Shown one piece after another: positions 1-10,278 of a DNA stretch of 64,000 nt. The stretch spans positions 7,743 to 71,742 of the forward strand of contig CAIKWG010000005.1 in the NCBI GenBank assembly GCA_903831045.1. Reading direction: 5' to 3'. The notes beneath the pieces are model-generated. The model was not told the DNA's origin and did not search any database. It was given only the letters and a program-made list of their open reading frames with translations. Position numbers and translations under genes: made by a program. Position 1 is the first letter of the stretch. Each line of letters begins with the position of its first letter. Origin of the DNA: an uncultured archaeon (lineage in GTDB: Archaea; Nanobdellota; Nanobdellia; Pacearchaeales; GW2011-AR1).

Positions 1-21
1 AATAGTTTTTATAGTTATCTT

Positions 22-552
22 TTACTTGCTTTTTGAACCCACAATCTTGTCAAAAAGTGGGGAAATATTATCAATAAGCGCGTTTCCTCCAGAAGAAGCT
101 ATTGCATAAAAAACAGACTTGGTTTTCACACCTTTTATTTTATTCATTAGATTGGACAAAAAGCTCGTGCATAGTTGGGGTTTATTATAAATAGAAAGAT
201 TTGTAATAGAATCAAAAACAATATAATCAAATTCGTGTTTCAAAAATTTAGAAATAACAAGAGATAATTCAGTTAAGGCCCCAGGAGAACTAATGTAATA
301 AACTTGGTCAGATTGGTCAGGAACATTCTTTATAGATTTAGAAATAGCGTCCACAAAAACAACATTTTTGGTATTTATCTTTTTCTTTTTGAATATTTCT
401 CTAAGAGAATCAAAAGTTTTATTAATTGTAACATAACAAACATTTTTACCTGAAAGACTTTTCATTACATTCAAAATAGAGGAATTATATTCTGCGCCAG
501 TCATGACTAAAAGTACATTCTGATTCTTAGAAAGTTCGTTTTTAATATTCAT
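22..552 (-). CDS. KaiC/RecA-superfamily-like protein lacking Walker A (signal-transduction associated)
   Basis: Contains 'VCYVT', 'VVFVDAIS' and 'YIVFDSITNLSIYN' (KaiC-like Walker B region) but no P-loop; co-oriented with the receiver genes. Confidence 0.55.
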   Translation of the reverse strand: MNIKNELSKNQNVLLVMTGAEYNSSILNVMKSLSGKNVCYVTINKTFDSLREIFKKKKINTKNVVFVDAISKSIKNVPDQSDQVYYISSPGALTELSLVISKFLKHEFDYIVFDSITNLSIYNKPQLCTSFLSNLMNKIKGVKTKSVFYAIASSGGNALIDNISPLFDKIVGSKSK

Positions 553-553
553 T

Positions 554-907
554 TTATTTTACTAATTTCTTAACTTTCTTTAAAAGTTCATTTACATCAA
601 AAGGTTTCTGTATAAAATCCACAATGTTTTTTGATTTTGTTAATTCTTCTTTTTCAGCTTCAGAAGTTCTAACAACACTCAAAAAAGCTATTTTAGCTCC
701 CTTTAGTTGTGGGATTATTTCTTTAACGGGTGTACCGGGCATCATTATATCCATTAAGATTAGGTTTGATTTCTTAGCTTTCCATTTTTTTAATGCATCA
801 TCTGCACTTGTTGCAGTAATAACAGAATATCCTGCTTTCTCAAGTATAGTCCTAACGGTACTTCTAATATCTGCTTCATCATCCACAATCATTATTGTTT
901 TTGGCAT
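554..907 (-). CDS. Stand-alone response regulator receiver protein
   Basis: IMIVDDE, LILMDIMMP (phospho-Asp) and FIQKPF motifs. Confidence 0.92.
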   Translation of the reverse strand: MPKTIMIVDDEADIRSTVRTILEKAGYSVITATSADDALKKWKAKKSNLILMDIMMPGTPVKEIIPQLKGAKIAFLSVVRTSEAEKEELTKSKNIVDFIQKPFDVNELLKKVKKLVK

Positions 908-933
908 TTTTCCCTCCTTATAAGTTTGATTAT

Positions 934-1272
934 TTATTTAATTGCTTTGAGCAAAGTTTGTTTTGAAAAAGGTTTTTGTATAAAACCATCAACACCTTCC
1001 ATATTAACCTCTTTTTTAGGAATAACTGATGCATAAATTATTTTTACCTTACCCTTCACTCTCTCTTTCATCAATCTTAGAAGATCATAACCCGATAGAG
1101 TTGGCATCATAATATCAATGATAATAACTGAAAATTTTTCAGCTAGAACATAATCCAACGCTTTTATCCCATTATTTGCAATTCTAACAACACACTTTTG
1201 TTTTTCAAGGAGTGCCTTCATTTCCTGGAGATCATCCAGATTATCATCAACAATTAGAATATTTTTCACCAT
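934..1272 (-). CDS. Stand-alone response regulator receiver protein
   Basis: ILIVDDN, IIIDIMMP and FIQKPF motifs. Confidence 0.92.
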   Translation of the reverse strand: MVKNILIVDDNLDDLQEMKALLEKQKCVVRIANNGIKALDYVLAEKFSVIIIDIMMPTLSGYDLLRLMKERVKGKVKIIYASVIPKKEVNMEGVDGFIQKPFSKQTLLKAIK

Positions 1273-1319
1273 CTTCCTTCAATGAATAATAGTCGAAAGA
1301 CTATTTAAAACTTATTAAG

Positions 1320-1664
1320 TTAAACGTATTTTTTTACGTCAGCAATAAATCTTTTAGGATCAAGAGGTTTTTGAATAAATCCATTAGATCCCGACAAATT
1401 TACGTCCGGACGGGACATTACTGTGCAAAAAACTATCTTCGGATTTCCAATAGCTTCTTTTCTCATAAGCTTTAATACTTCTTCACCAGAAAATGGCATT
1501 CGAACATCTAAAAGAATAAGATTATACTTATTTTTTTTTGTCAATTCTACTGCTTTTCTACCATCTGGCTCTGTAATAACATTATATCCCTCCGGAGTAA
1601 GCAAACTTTTTATTGTAGATAGAATATCTTTTTCATCATCAACGACTAAAATACTTTTCACCAT
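1320..1664 (-). CDS. Stand-alone response regulator receiver protein
   Basis: ILVVDDE, ILLDVRMP and FIQKPL motifs. Confidence 0.92.
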   Translation of the reverse strand: MVKSILVVDDEKDILSTIKSLLTPEGYNVITEPDGRKAVELTKKNKYNLILLDVRMPFSGEEVLKLMRKEAIGNPKIVFCTVMSRPDVNLSGSNGFIQKPLDPKRFIADVKKYV

Positions 1665-1711
1665 CTTTATTTATTAAGGATTACTTATATATAAAGTTTT
1701 CACATTCTTTC

Positions 1712-2557
1712 CTAATTTGATTTTAAACTAAGTAGTTTATATTTGAAAAAGGCGCTTAGAATAAAAAGAAGATAAAAACAAACATACAAGAGGTCAATTG
1801 GATGCCCCGTATAATATGTTCCTTTTTCGCTCATGTTTACAAAAATCTTATCATAAACCAGTCTTGTTACAACTCCAAATACTAAAACTACGAAAAAGAT
1901 TAATTCAGGACTCTTAGAAATTAGCAGAGGATAAACTAGGCATAATAACATCAAAATCAGCACAAAATCATAGAGAATATATGTATCTTGAAGCGCATGA
2001 GCAAAAGTAAAAGTTCCTAGCGCAAGGTCTTCAGACATATCTTGATAAACAAGGAAAATTCCAGCAAGTGCAACAAGAGCAAGAAGAATATAAAAAATAA
2101 ATTTAGTAGATTTATCCCGAGTAGAAATAATAAAACTAACTGCTATAATTAAACAGATATAAGCTAAATTCCAAGCAAAATCTGGAATTCCTCCGATGGG
2201 AACAAGATTGTTCAAATAAACTTCATTAACCAGCCAGATTAAATCTCCAAAGAAAAATAAAAGAATCCCAATCATCATGAAAAAATAACTCTTTCTCTCC
2301 ACAAAGGATTCTCTTGGAATCTTAAAATATAAAATTACTGAAGCGATAAAAGCTAGAAAAGATGCTGAAGTAAGAAATATATTTCCAAGAACAGTATTAT
2401 GTTCAGAACCAAAAACATTAAATGAAAATAAAGCTTGTAAAACAAAAAGAATTAGGGATATTATAAAAATGGGAAGAATAGAATTCTTTTTTACTTTCCT
2501 AATTTCAGAACCATTATTTTTTTGTTTTGCTCTTTTAGACACAGTTTTTCTTACCAT
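1712..2557 (-). CDS. Polytopic membrane protein resembling a membrane sensor module, no catalytic domain
   Basis: About 8 hydrophobic segments with 'GDLIW', 'DFAWNLAY' and 'PIDLLY', like the membrane N-termini of kinases/diguanylate cyclases. ATG at 2557. Confidence 0.55.
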   Translation of the reverse strand: MVRKTVSKRAKQKNNGSEIRKVKKNSILPIFIISLILFVLQALFSFNVFGSEHNTVLGNIFLTSASFLAFIASVILYFKIPRESFVERKSYFFMMIGILLFFFGDLIWLVNEVYLNNLVPIGGIPDFAWNLAYICLIIAVSFIISTRDKSTKFIFYILLALVALAGIFLVYQDMSEDLALGTFTFAHALQDTYILYDFVLILMLLCLVYPLLISKSPELIFFVVLVFGVVTRLVYDKIFVNMSEKGTYYTGHPIDLLYVCFYLLFILSAFFKYKLLSLKSN

Positions 2558-2653
2558 CAATTACTCTTTCTTTCTATACTAATCAAAGACTTTTTATTTT
2601 TAAATCTTTTTAGTTAACAATATTCTTAAAAACCTTCTACGCTTCTTCAAAAT

Positions 2654-3540
2654 ATGAAAAGAATAGACTTTAGGGACCAGATTGCAAAGAATAAAAGAAA
2701 GTCATTTTTTTACTTGCCGTAATATTAATTTTTTTAATTGCTCTAGGCTACGCAATCTCTTTTGCATTTAGTCCGGGATATTTTTTTATTATCATGATAA
2801 TTGCAATAATATTCTCTATTCTTTATATTTGGATTGGATATTACAATTCAGACAAGATAGCAATAAAAAGTGTTGGAGCAAAAGAAATTAAGAGATCCAA
2901 TTCTCCTGAATATTGGGACCTAGTTGAAGGATTAACAATAGCTTCTGGGCTTCCAATGCCAAAGTTATATCTTATGGAATCTAATCAGATTAATGCATTT
3001 GCTTCTGGAAGAAATCCGAACAAAGCAGTAATTTGCGTGACCAAAGGAGCTCTACAAAAATTAACTAAAAGAGAACTTGAGGGAGTTTTAGCACATGAAC
3101 TCGGACACGTAGGAAATTATGATATTAGATATATGACTCTAGCAGCAGTTTTAGTAGGGATGATTTCTATAATATCAGAAATTTTCCTAAGAAGCCTTTG
3201 GTTCAGAGGAAGCAATGGAGACAGTGACGCTAACAAGCTACAGATAATTGCATTAATAATAGGAATAGCTCTGGCAATTTTAGCTCCAATAGTAGTCATG
3301 CTGGTTCAATTATCCATATCAAGAAAAAGAGAATACTCTGCAGATGCCACAGCAGTTAAATTCACAAGATACCCTGCCGGATTAATCGGAGCTTTAAAGA
3401 AAATTCAAACTGACTCTGCTCCTCCAGAAAAAAAAGTTAGCAAAGCACTTGCACCACTTTTCTTTGCAAATCCTCTAAAGAATGCTTTCTCTACTCATCC
3501 TCCATTGGAAGAAAGAATAAAGACTCTAGAAAGAATGTAA
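2654..3540 (+). CDS. htpX: HtpX-family (M48) zinc metalloprotease, frameshifted at a T7 tract (2705-2711)
   Basis: NAFASG, HELGH, REYSAD and STHPP motifs. The N-terminus MKRIDFRDQIAKNKRKSFF starts at ATG 2654 (TATA 29 nt upstream) and joins the 2794 frame if one T is added. Confidence 0.85.
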
Positions 3541-3579
3541 TTTTGATAAATTTATAAATCTCAAACAGCTCACTAAATC

Positions 3580-4440
3580 ATGGGAATAATAAGAGGTGGA
3601 GCAATAACTATTTTAGGAATTCTCCTACTAATCACACTTTTTACAGGAAATATTTTTGCTACTGTCTCTGGTTCTCTAGAATATAATCAATTAAAACTTT
3701 CATTAACAAATGTTTCAAAAGAAGTAGTAAGTAACTATAATCTTCTAAATCAGTTAGAACAAGCTAAACCTTACATTCAAATGTATTGTCTAACTAACGA
3801 CAAGATTCAGTTCAATGAAAGTGGATTCAGTCTAGAAATTCCTTGCTCAGTCGCTCTTTCAGGCACAGACACAATTATCGAATACGAAGTAACAAATTTG
3901 GTAGATCAATTGTATTACAAGCAATATGATTGCGAATTTTGGCAATGTGTAAAAGAACAAAGCCCTCCTCTAGTTTTAATCTCAGAAAAATCCTATGAAT
4001 ATTGGAGAGCATTTTTCTATTGGTCAATTATTCTTTCAGTAATATTTTTCCTATTAATATTTCTCGTTGCAAAAAACAAAGCAACTCCATTTATCCTTTC
4101 TGGAATACTAATGATAATAACTGCACTTCCATTCAAGAATCTAAACTGGGTATTTAGTTTAATTCCAATAGGAGAGATAGCTAAATTCCTTTCCATCTTT
4201 TTTATGAAGGCTCATTCTGTATTTGTAGTAATGCTTATCCTAGGAATTTTATTCCTAGTTTTCGGAATTGTTCTTAGACTAACTGGAATTGGAAAAAAGA
4301 TGTCTTGGAATTATAAAAAAGATGAAGAAAGCAATAAACCTCTTCCATCAGAAAAAGATGTCATTTCTAAAAAAGAAATAAAAAAAATAGTAAGTGAAGA
4401 GATAAAAAAAACTCAGCAAGGAAGAAAAAAGAAAAAATAA
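3580..4440 (+). CDS. Hypothetical multi-pass membrane protein
   Basis: N-terminal TM, Cys-containing loop, further TMs, basic tail; TATA at 3551. Confidence 0.7.
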   Translation: MGIIRGGAITILGILLLITLFTGNIFATVSGSLEYNQLKLSLTNVSKEVVSNYNLLNQLEQAKPYIQMYCLTNDKIQFNESGFSLEIPCSVALSGTDTIIEYEVTNLVDQLYYKQYDCEFWQCVKEQSPPLVLISEKSYEYWRAFFYWSIILSVIFFLLIFLVAKNKATPFILSGILMIITALPFKNLNWVFSLIPIGEIAKFLSIFFMKAHSVFVVMLILGILFLVFGIVLRLTGIGKKMSWNYKKDEESNKPLPSEKDVISKKEIKKIVSEEIKKTQQGRKKKK

Positions 4441-4470
4441 TCTTATAAACTTATTTTTCTAACTATTTTA

Positions 4471-5391
4471 ATGAAGAAACCAAAGGCATTAGTTTTATTT
4501 TCAGGAGGACTAGACAGCAGGATAACAATTAAACTTCTTCAAGAACAAAAAATAGATGTGGAAGCAGTTTACATAAAACTTCCTTTTGGAACTGGATGCT
4601 GCACTAATTTTGGATGCGTCCTTAACTTTACTCAAATCCAAGGAGTAAAACTACATCAGATAGATGCAAGTCAGGGAAAACTCCTGCAAGAATATCTAAA
4701 CACAATAAAAAAACCTAAACATAACCGGGGGGCATCTATGAATCCCTGTCAGGATTGCAAAATATTTTTATTTAAACAAGCAAAAAAATTAGCAAAGAAA
4801 ATTAATGCTAATATAATTGCAACAGGAGAAGTCCTAGGACAGAGACCAATGTCTCAGATGAAAAAGCATCTTTTATTGGATGAAAAGGAAGCGGGATTGG
4901 AAAATAAAATACTCAGACCTCTCTCAGCAAAACTTCTTCCAGAAACCGAAGCAGAAAAAAAAGGATGGGTAGACAGAAGCAAGCTTCTAGATATTGAAGG
5001 CAGACAAAGAACAAAACAAATGCAATTAGCAAAACACTATCACCTTACCTATCCAACTCCTTCCGGAGGATGCCTTCTCTGTGAAAAGTCCATGAGAAAT
5101 AGATTTAAGCAAATTCTAAAAAGAAAACTAGACAAAAATTCTGTTAAATTTCTATCAATTGGAAGACACTTCCTAATAGATGATTCTTGGATTATTCTTG
5201 GAAGAAATGAAAAAGAAAACATCGTCCTAGAAAATACAAAAACAGGCAAATTAATCAATCCAGAATTTATGGCTCCAAGCGCAAGATATTTTGGAAAGAT
5301 AAAAAAATCAAGAGTTATAGAATTAATAAAAGCCTACTCCAATCAAGAACCCATAGAAACAAGAAAGAAATTTGAACAATTTAGATTATAA
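4471..5391 (+). CDS. ThiI/MnmA-like PP-loop tRNA sulfurtransferase
   Basis: SGGLDS PP-loop, CQDCK, TGEVLGQRPMSQ, LRPL and GGCLLC motifs. Confidence 0.75.
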   Translation: MKKPKALVLFSGGLDSRITIKLLQEQKIDVEAVYIKLPFGTGCCTNFGCVLNFTQIQGVKLHQIDASQGKLLQEYLNTIKKPKHNRGASMNPCQDCKIFLFKQAKKLAKKINANIIATGEVLGQRPMSQMKKHLLLDEKEAGLENKILRPLSAKLLPETEAEKKGWVDRSKLLDIEGRQRTKQMQLAKHYHLTYPTPSGGCLLCEKSMRNRFKQILKRKLDKNSVKFLSIGRHFLIDDSWIILGRNEKENIVLENTKTGKLINPEFMAPSARYFGKIKKSRVIELIKAYSNQEPIETRKKFEQFRL

Positions 5392-5446
5392 CCCCATTTC
5401 TAATTAATAGTTAACAACATTCAAATAAGCCCCATAAAAAAAGTAA

Positions 5447-7648
5447 TTAATAATCTATAGAAAATTCTTCTTCATCTTTAGGCATTTCAGGAACCTTAAA
5501 ATCTACTTTTTGCTTTTCAGTTTCCTGTTTGGCAAAGTCTCTTTTTTGTCTGTCAACAAATCCTTCTAAAAATGTAGAATGCCCAGTTGAACTTGAACTA
5601 CCAAGAACACTCTTAGTAACAACATGAATTTTCATTCCTCCAACTTCTTTAGGTTCAGTTCTAACACTTGGAGGTAATCTCTTCCTAAATTCATCAAGTA
5701 AACATATATCTTCATTTGCTCTCAGAGCAACTTTTTTAGCACTAGTACTAAATGTTCCAAGAACCATAAATTTCAGAACTCCATTCTCTTCTTTAGTTAC
5801 AATAGTACCATAATTAAGAGCAATACCAAAATCAATTTTTTTCTTGAATTTTTTATTATGGTCCTTAAGGATATCTCTTGTTCGATTAGCAATCTCTAAC
5901 AATTTAGATTCATTATTAGCTGTTCTGGTTCTAGAAGGAGCAAGAAGAATAAACATTGCACCATTGCTGTTATAAATAAATCCTCTTTCATTTTCAACCA
6001 TCTGAGTTATACTCTGTAAGGTTTCAGAAACATTTCCATCACCATTACTAATATCATAATAATTTTTTAATCCGAGGCACATAACACTTGCATCCTGCTT
6101 CACACCGTCTATTGATAAAGCTAATTCAGCCCTAACCTTTGAAGATACAAGCATACTTTCTTTTTTTGCAACAGGATTGAATTGTCTATTGTTAATGTTT
6201 GAAGAACCGCTGGAAGGACTCGAAGATACACTTGGCCTTGGACTCAGTGCAACAAGTTCCTTAAACTCTCCACCTTTTTTGGAAGATTTAATCTTTTTAA
6301 TCTTAGATTCCTTATAGTTTCTACCGGAGTCTCTGAGTTTTCTTGCTCTCTTGAGATACACTCTTCTAAGCAATAAAAAAATAGCAATTAATAAAAGAAC
6401 AAGAATAAAAGTCCAGATAGCAGGATTCAGTGTAAAAGTTTTAGGGAATTCAGTAGAAATTTCTATTGCATTTCCGGTTAAATAAACTTCTTCAACAGCA
6501 TTTCCAACGCTAATCAAATATTCTCCTCTAGGAGCAGTAAGATAAAAAGTTTTTTCTTGACCAAAAGCCAATTCAGGATAAAAGCTTACAGTCTGATTTC
6601 CAATATTAATATCAATAGATTCGTTATACGGAACATTTCCAGTATTTTTAACAAAGAGTTTATTTTCTACTATTTGAAATTCAACAGCGGGATAAGCCAG
6701 AATTTCAAAGGATTCCATTTTATTTAATCCTTCAGAATAAACTGAAACAGCCCAGTTCTCAGGAGTTTGATTTACAGGAATAGCGTAACTAAATTCATTA
6801 TTTGTTCTTTCTTCAATTTTTTGTACTATTTCATCTTTAGCATTTTTTATTGCAGCATAAACTTTAGCATCAATAATTTGGCCTGTTTGATCCATCAGAA
6901 CAACTCTAGCAACAACACTTGTACCAGGTTGAATTTTATTACTAGTTAACAAAACTTCAAGAGTTGTAGGAATTTGATCGATTGTAACTTCATCAGAAAT
7001 TTCTCCCCTATTTAGAATCTCTCCACTAGAACTAGTTTCATAGGCATAAAGTTTAACAGCATGACTCCCAAATTTGAAATTTGCAGGAACATCAATGCTA
7101 ATACTAAAGGTCTCTCCTTTAACATCTGTAACTGAAAATAAATCTGCACTTTCTCCACCATCCAAAGTAAATTCAATTTTACCGTCTATACCAGCTCCAT
7201 TTTCTTTTTTAACAGTCCCAGTCAAAGTTAATTTTTCTCCTGGTTTAAATTTATCACTATGAGAATCCAAGTCTAGATTAATAACTTCAGAAATTTTAAC
7301 TTTTTCAACAAGTCTATTACTATAACTACCAAGATTATATTCTACATAACAATCTCCTTTAGAGGTTCCAATAAATTCCTGAACCAGAGGAATAGTCAAA
7401 TCTCTTTCTTTTATCCCGCCCACAGCCATAGAAAGAAATTCTTTGTAGATTTCAGTTTCTTTTAATCCACAAACAAGTTTAACACTAAAGATATTACTAA
7501 TTGCTTCATCAGCACTAATTTTAATTGGAAGATTTATTGTTTCTCCGAGGTTATAAATATCTTTTGCAGGAGTTGTTAATTCAACTGTTGCAGAGGCTAA
7601 ACTAATTAAAAATAATCCCAAAATTATGAATACAAATTCTTTCCTCAT
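5447..7648 (-). CDS. Membrane-anchored protein: Ig-like ectodomain, one TM, degenerate class III nucleotide-cyclase-like cytoplasmic domain
   Basis: Signal peptide, beta-rich ectodomain and TM 'AIWTFILVLLLIAIFLLL'. The C-terminal 'IDFGIALNYGTIV...FMVLGTFSTSAKKVA' resembles cyclase 'RIGIHTGEVV...VIGDTVNLASRL'. Confidence 0.55.
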   Translation of the reverse strand: MRKEFVFIILGLFLISLASATVELTTPAKDIYNLGETINLPIKISADEAISNIFSVKLVCGLKETEIYKEFLSMAVGGIKERDLTIPLVQEFIGTSKGDCYVEYNLGSYSNRLVEKVKISEVINLDLDSHSDKFKPGEKLTLTGTVKKENGAGIDGKIEFTLDGGESADLFSVTDVKGETFSISIDVPANFKFGSHAVKLYAYETSSSGEILNRGEISDEVTIDQIPTTLEVLLTSNKIQPGTSVVARVVLMDQTGQIIDAKVYAAIKNAKDEIVQKIEERTNNEFSYAIPVNQTPENWAVSVYSEGLNKMESFEILAYPAVEFQIVENKLFVKNTGNVPYNESIDINIGNQTVSFYPELAFGQEKTFYLTAPRGEYLISVGNAVEEVYLTGNAIEISTEFPKTFTLNPAIWTFILVLLLIAIFLLLRRVYLKRARKLRDSGRNYKESKIKKIKSSKKGGEFKELVALSPRPSVSSSPSSGSSNINNRQFNPVAKKESMLVSSKVRAELALSIDGVKQDASVMCLGLKNYYDISNGDGNVSETLQSITQMVENERGFIYNSNGAMFILLAPSRTRTANNESKLLEIANRTRDILKDHNKKFKKKIDFGIALNYGTIVTKEENGVLKFMVLGTFSTSAKKVALRANEDICLLDEFRKRLPPSVRTEPKEVGGMKIHVVTKSVLGSSSSTGHSTFLEGFVDRQKRDFAKQETEKQKVDFKVPEMPKDEEEFSIDY

Positions 7649-7744
7649 TTTTACCCCTTAATATAAAAAAAATACGTATAATTTATTTATAAACATTTGT
7701 GGTCAGGAAGTAATATTTATATACAATCTTTTCCTGAACAAACT

Positions 7745-8863
7745 ATGACAAAAGATGAGGTAAAAGTTACACCCTGGGAAGTTTCTGGAGCATTAAATTA
7801 TGAAAAATTAATAAAAGAGTTTGGAATTTCTCCACTAAAAGACCTTCCAGAAATTTTCAATAAAGAATTGGCCTACAGAAGAAAGATTATTTTTGCTCAC
7901 AGAGATATTCAAAGAATTCTTGAAGCAATCAAGAACAAAAAGAAATTTGTGATGATGACTGGTTTGATGCCCACAGGAAAATGTCATCTGGGCCATCTAA
8001 TGATTGTAAAGCAAATGGTATTTTTTCAAAATTTAGGAGCAAAAATTTATATTACCGTTGCAGATTTAGAAGCTTACAATGCTAGAGGGCAAACTCTTGA
8101 AGAATCAAAAAAAATTGCTCAAGATTATATACTAAATTATATTGCCATGGGATTAGATCTAAAGAAATGTGAAATTTATTTTCAATCAGAAAGAAGTAAA
8201 GATGCAAAAAAGTCAAATGCCTATTACAGATTACAAAATCTTCTGGCAAGACATGTAACATTTAATGAATTTAAGGCAGTTTATGGAGAAATCACTCCCG
8301 GAAAAATGTTATCTTCACTTTTGCAAGCTTCAGACATGCTTCATTCGCAATTGCCAGAGTTTGAAGGAAATTGCCCCGTAATTGTTCCAGTTGGAATTGA
8401 CCAAGACCCCCATCTAAGAATTGCAAGAGACCTATCCCAAAGAATAAAAAATCCCAATTTTATTCAATTAAGTTCAATCTACACTTTATTTTTGCCAGGA
8501 TTGGGAGGAGGAAAAATGTCTGCTTCAGATGCAACTTCATATATTGCTCCAACGGACACCCCAGAAGAAGTAAAGAAAAAGATTAACAAATATGCATTTT
8601 CAGGAGGACAAGCCACATTAGAAGAACATAGAAAGTTGGGAGGAAATCCAGACATAGATGTTTGCTTTCAATATCTCAAATTCATGTTTGAAGAAGATGA
8701 TAAAAAGCTTTCAAAAATAGAGAAAGACTATCGAGCAGGCAAACTTTTAACAGGAGAATTAAAACAATATACAATAGACAAAATAAATAATTTCCTAGCA
8801 GACCATCAAAAGAAAAGAAAAAAAGCAGAATCAGTTGTGAACCAGTTTATTTTTAAATCTTGA
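7745..8863 (+). CDS. trpS: Tryptophanyl-tRNA synthetase (archaeal type)
   Basis: VTPWEV, HLGH, GIDQDPH and KMSAS motifs; ATG 7745 lies 29 nt after TTTATATA. Confidence 0.95.
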   Translation: MTKDEVKVTPWEVSGALNYEKLIKEFGISPLKDLPEIFNKELAYRRKIIFAHRDIQRILEAIKNKKKFVMMTGLMPTGKCHLGHLMIVKQMVFFQNLGAKIYITVADLEAYNARGQTLEESKKIAQDYILNYIAMGLDLKKCEIYFQSERSKDAKKSNAYYRLQNLLARHVTFNEFKAVYGEITPGKMLSSLLQASDMLHSQLPEFEGNCPVIVPVGIDQDPHLRIARDLSQRIKNPNFIQLSSIYTLFLPGLGGGKMSASDATSYIAPTDTPEEVKKKINKYAFSGGQATLEEHRKLGGNPDIDVCFQYLKFMFEEDDKKLSKIEKDYRAGKLLTGELKQYTIDKINNFLADHQKKRKKAESVVNQFIFKS

Positions 8864-9328
8864 TTTAATACCATCAATCTCATTCTCAGAACAAAAACTA
8901 TCTAACATTATTTCAGGAGATTGCATATAAAAATACTTATTAATTAATTCCTCCAAATTGGTATAATTCCTTCTTTTGCAAGAATTAAATCTATTTCGAA
9001 TATTTCTGTTCATTTTTTCAAGAGTATTTACCTCCTGATAAAACTCTTTTGGCAAATGTTGAATAAAATCCTCACGACTATTAGTCAACCATCCGTAAAT
9101 TTTAATATTTTTATCTAATTTATTAAGCAAGTACAAACTTGACGTTCTATGATGCCCATCAATCAAAGGATTATAAGAAGAGTCTACATTCCAAGAAGCC
9201 ACAGGAACAATTATCTTTTTAGAATTATCTTTAAGATAGCTTAATAAAAAAGCTTCCATATCCTCATAAACCAAAATATCCTGAGTAGGTATAATATCTT
9301 TAAAGTCTAATTCAATGATTTTTCCCAT
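8831..9328 (-). CDS. ParB/sulfiredoxin-fold protein
   Basis: IIPTQ and LIDGHHR motifs. Confidence 0.6.
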   Translation of the reverse strand: MGKIIELDFKDIIPTQDILVYEDMEAFLLSYLKDNSKKIIVPVASWNVDSSYNPLIDGHHRTSSLYLLNKLDKNIKIYGWLTNSREDFIQHLPKEFYQEVNTLEKMNRNIRNRFNSCKRRNYTNLEELINKYFYMQSPEIMLDSFCSENEIDGIKSRFKNKLVHN

Positions 9329-9336
9329 GACCTTAC

Positions 9337-10056
9337 CTAAAAAAAAGAGTATATAAATATATTGACCGAGGGTCTAGGATTCTTTTTATATCCTGCAATT
9401 CCAACAGCCATATAACTTAACTTTCCAAGAGGGTCTAGTATTTCTACAGGTTTTAAGCCCTTTTTCTTCAGCCATTTAGTATCAACTCTTAGAGTTTTTT
9501 CATCCCATTGGTTATCAAAGATAAGATTTCCTTTCTTGTCTTTTCCAACATAGATTAGAACATGAGTATATTTTGCCTTATTTCCTTTTTCATCCAATGT
9601 ATCATTATATGCACTTCTAGGATTGTATACCCCCAGAATCATTCCCGGTCTTAAAATTCCTTCTTCTCTTAGAGTGTTTAACTCCTGATATTTATCTTTT
9701 TCTTTAAATTTAGCAACTATAGTACTAGCATATCTCATATTCCAAGAATCTCTTTGAGGAAAGCTATCTACTTCTCCATAATATTTTTGAGCAGCCTTTT
9801 GAACATATTTAGCACAACTCAGAGAATTTAGTTTAAACTTAGCAAGAGCTGGAATTGAATCATGTTCTGGAATGTTAAATTCTCCAGAGATATCCAGTGT
9901 TTTTTCTAGATTAGATTTTCTAATTGAATCAAAAACTGGACTGTTCATTTCATAGTTAGACTTAAGGCTTGATTCTCCAAGATTCATAGTTCCAACTGAG
10001 TTTGATGCTCCAATCATCCCTGCTGTCATTAAAACGTATTTCATTAAATTTTTCAT
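9337..10056 (-). CDS. Putative secreted NlpC/P60-CHAP-like cysteine amidase
   Basis: 'SCAKYV', 'LRPGMIL' and 'YTHVLIYVG' give papain-like Cys...His spacing; basic-hydrophobic N-terminus. Confidence 0.55.
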   Translation of the reverse strand: MKNLMKYVLMTAGMIGASNSVGTMNLGESSLKSNYEMNSPVFDSIRKSNLEKTLDISGEFNIPEHDSIPALAKFKLNSLSCAKYVQKAAQKYYGEVDSFPQRDSWNMRYASTIVAKFKEKDKYQELNTLREEGILRPGMILGVYNPRSAYNDTLDEKGNKAKYTHVLIYVGKDKKGNLIFDNQWDEKTLRVDTKWLKKKGLKPVEILDPLGKLSYMAVGIAGYKKNPRPSVNIFIYSFF

Positions 10057-10157
10057 TTTGATTTTTTCCGTCGCTGGGCAACATTTTGTGAAAAAATTGC
10101 ACCAGTTTTTTATGTTATGGCGTAGAACACAGGGTTTATAAACCTATCGATAACTTC

Positions 10158-10198
10158 AAAAAAAATGGGGTTTCCTCCTCGGAAAATCCATTTTTTTT
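10158..10198. repeat. Imperfect 18-bp inverted repeat in divergent intergenic region
   Basis: AAAAAAAATGGGGTTTCC-TCCTC-GGAAAATCCATTTTTTTT. Confidence 0.7.
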
Positions 10199-10270
10199 AT
10201 TTTTTCTAATTATTTTAAGAAAATTACCCATCACCAAGAATCAAATTATCCAACAGATTCAAGCCATAAT

Positions 10271-10278
10271 TTTATAAA
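10271..10278 (+). promoter_or_regulatory. TATA box (example of the leaderless promoter geometry)
   Basis: TTTATAAA starts 29 nt before the ATG; the same spacing occurs at 2625, 3551, 4442, 7716, 13602, 15936, 17059, 27197, 48497, 50093 and 62242. Confidence 0.8.
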
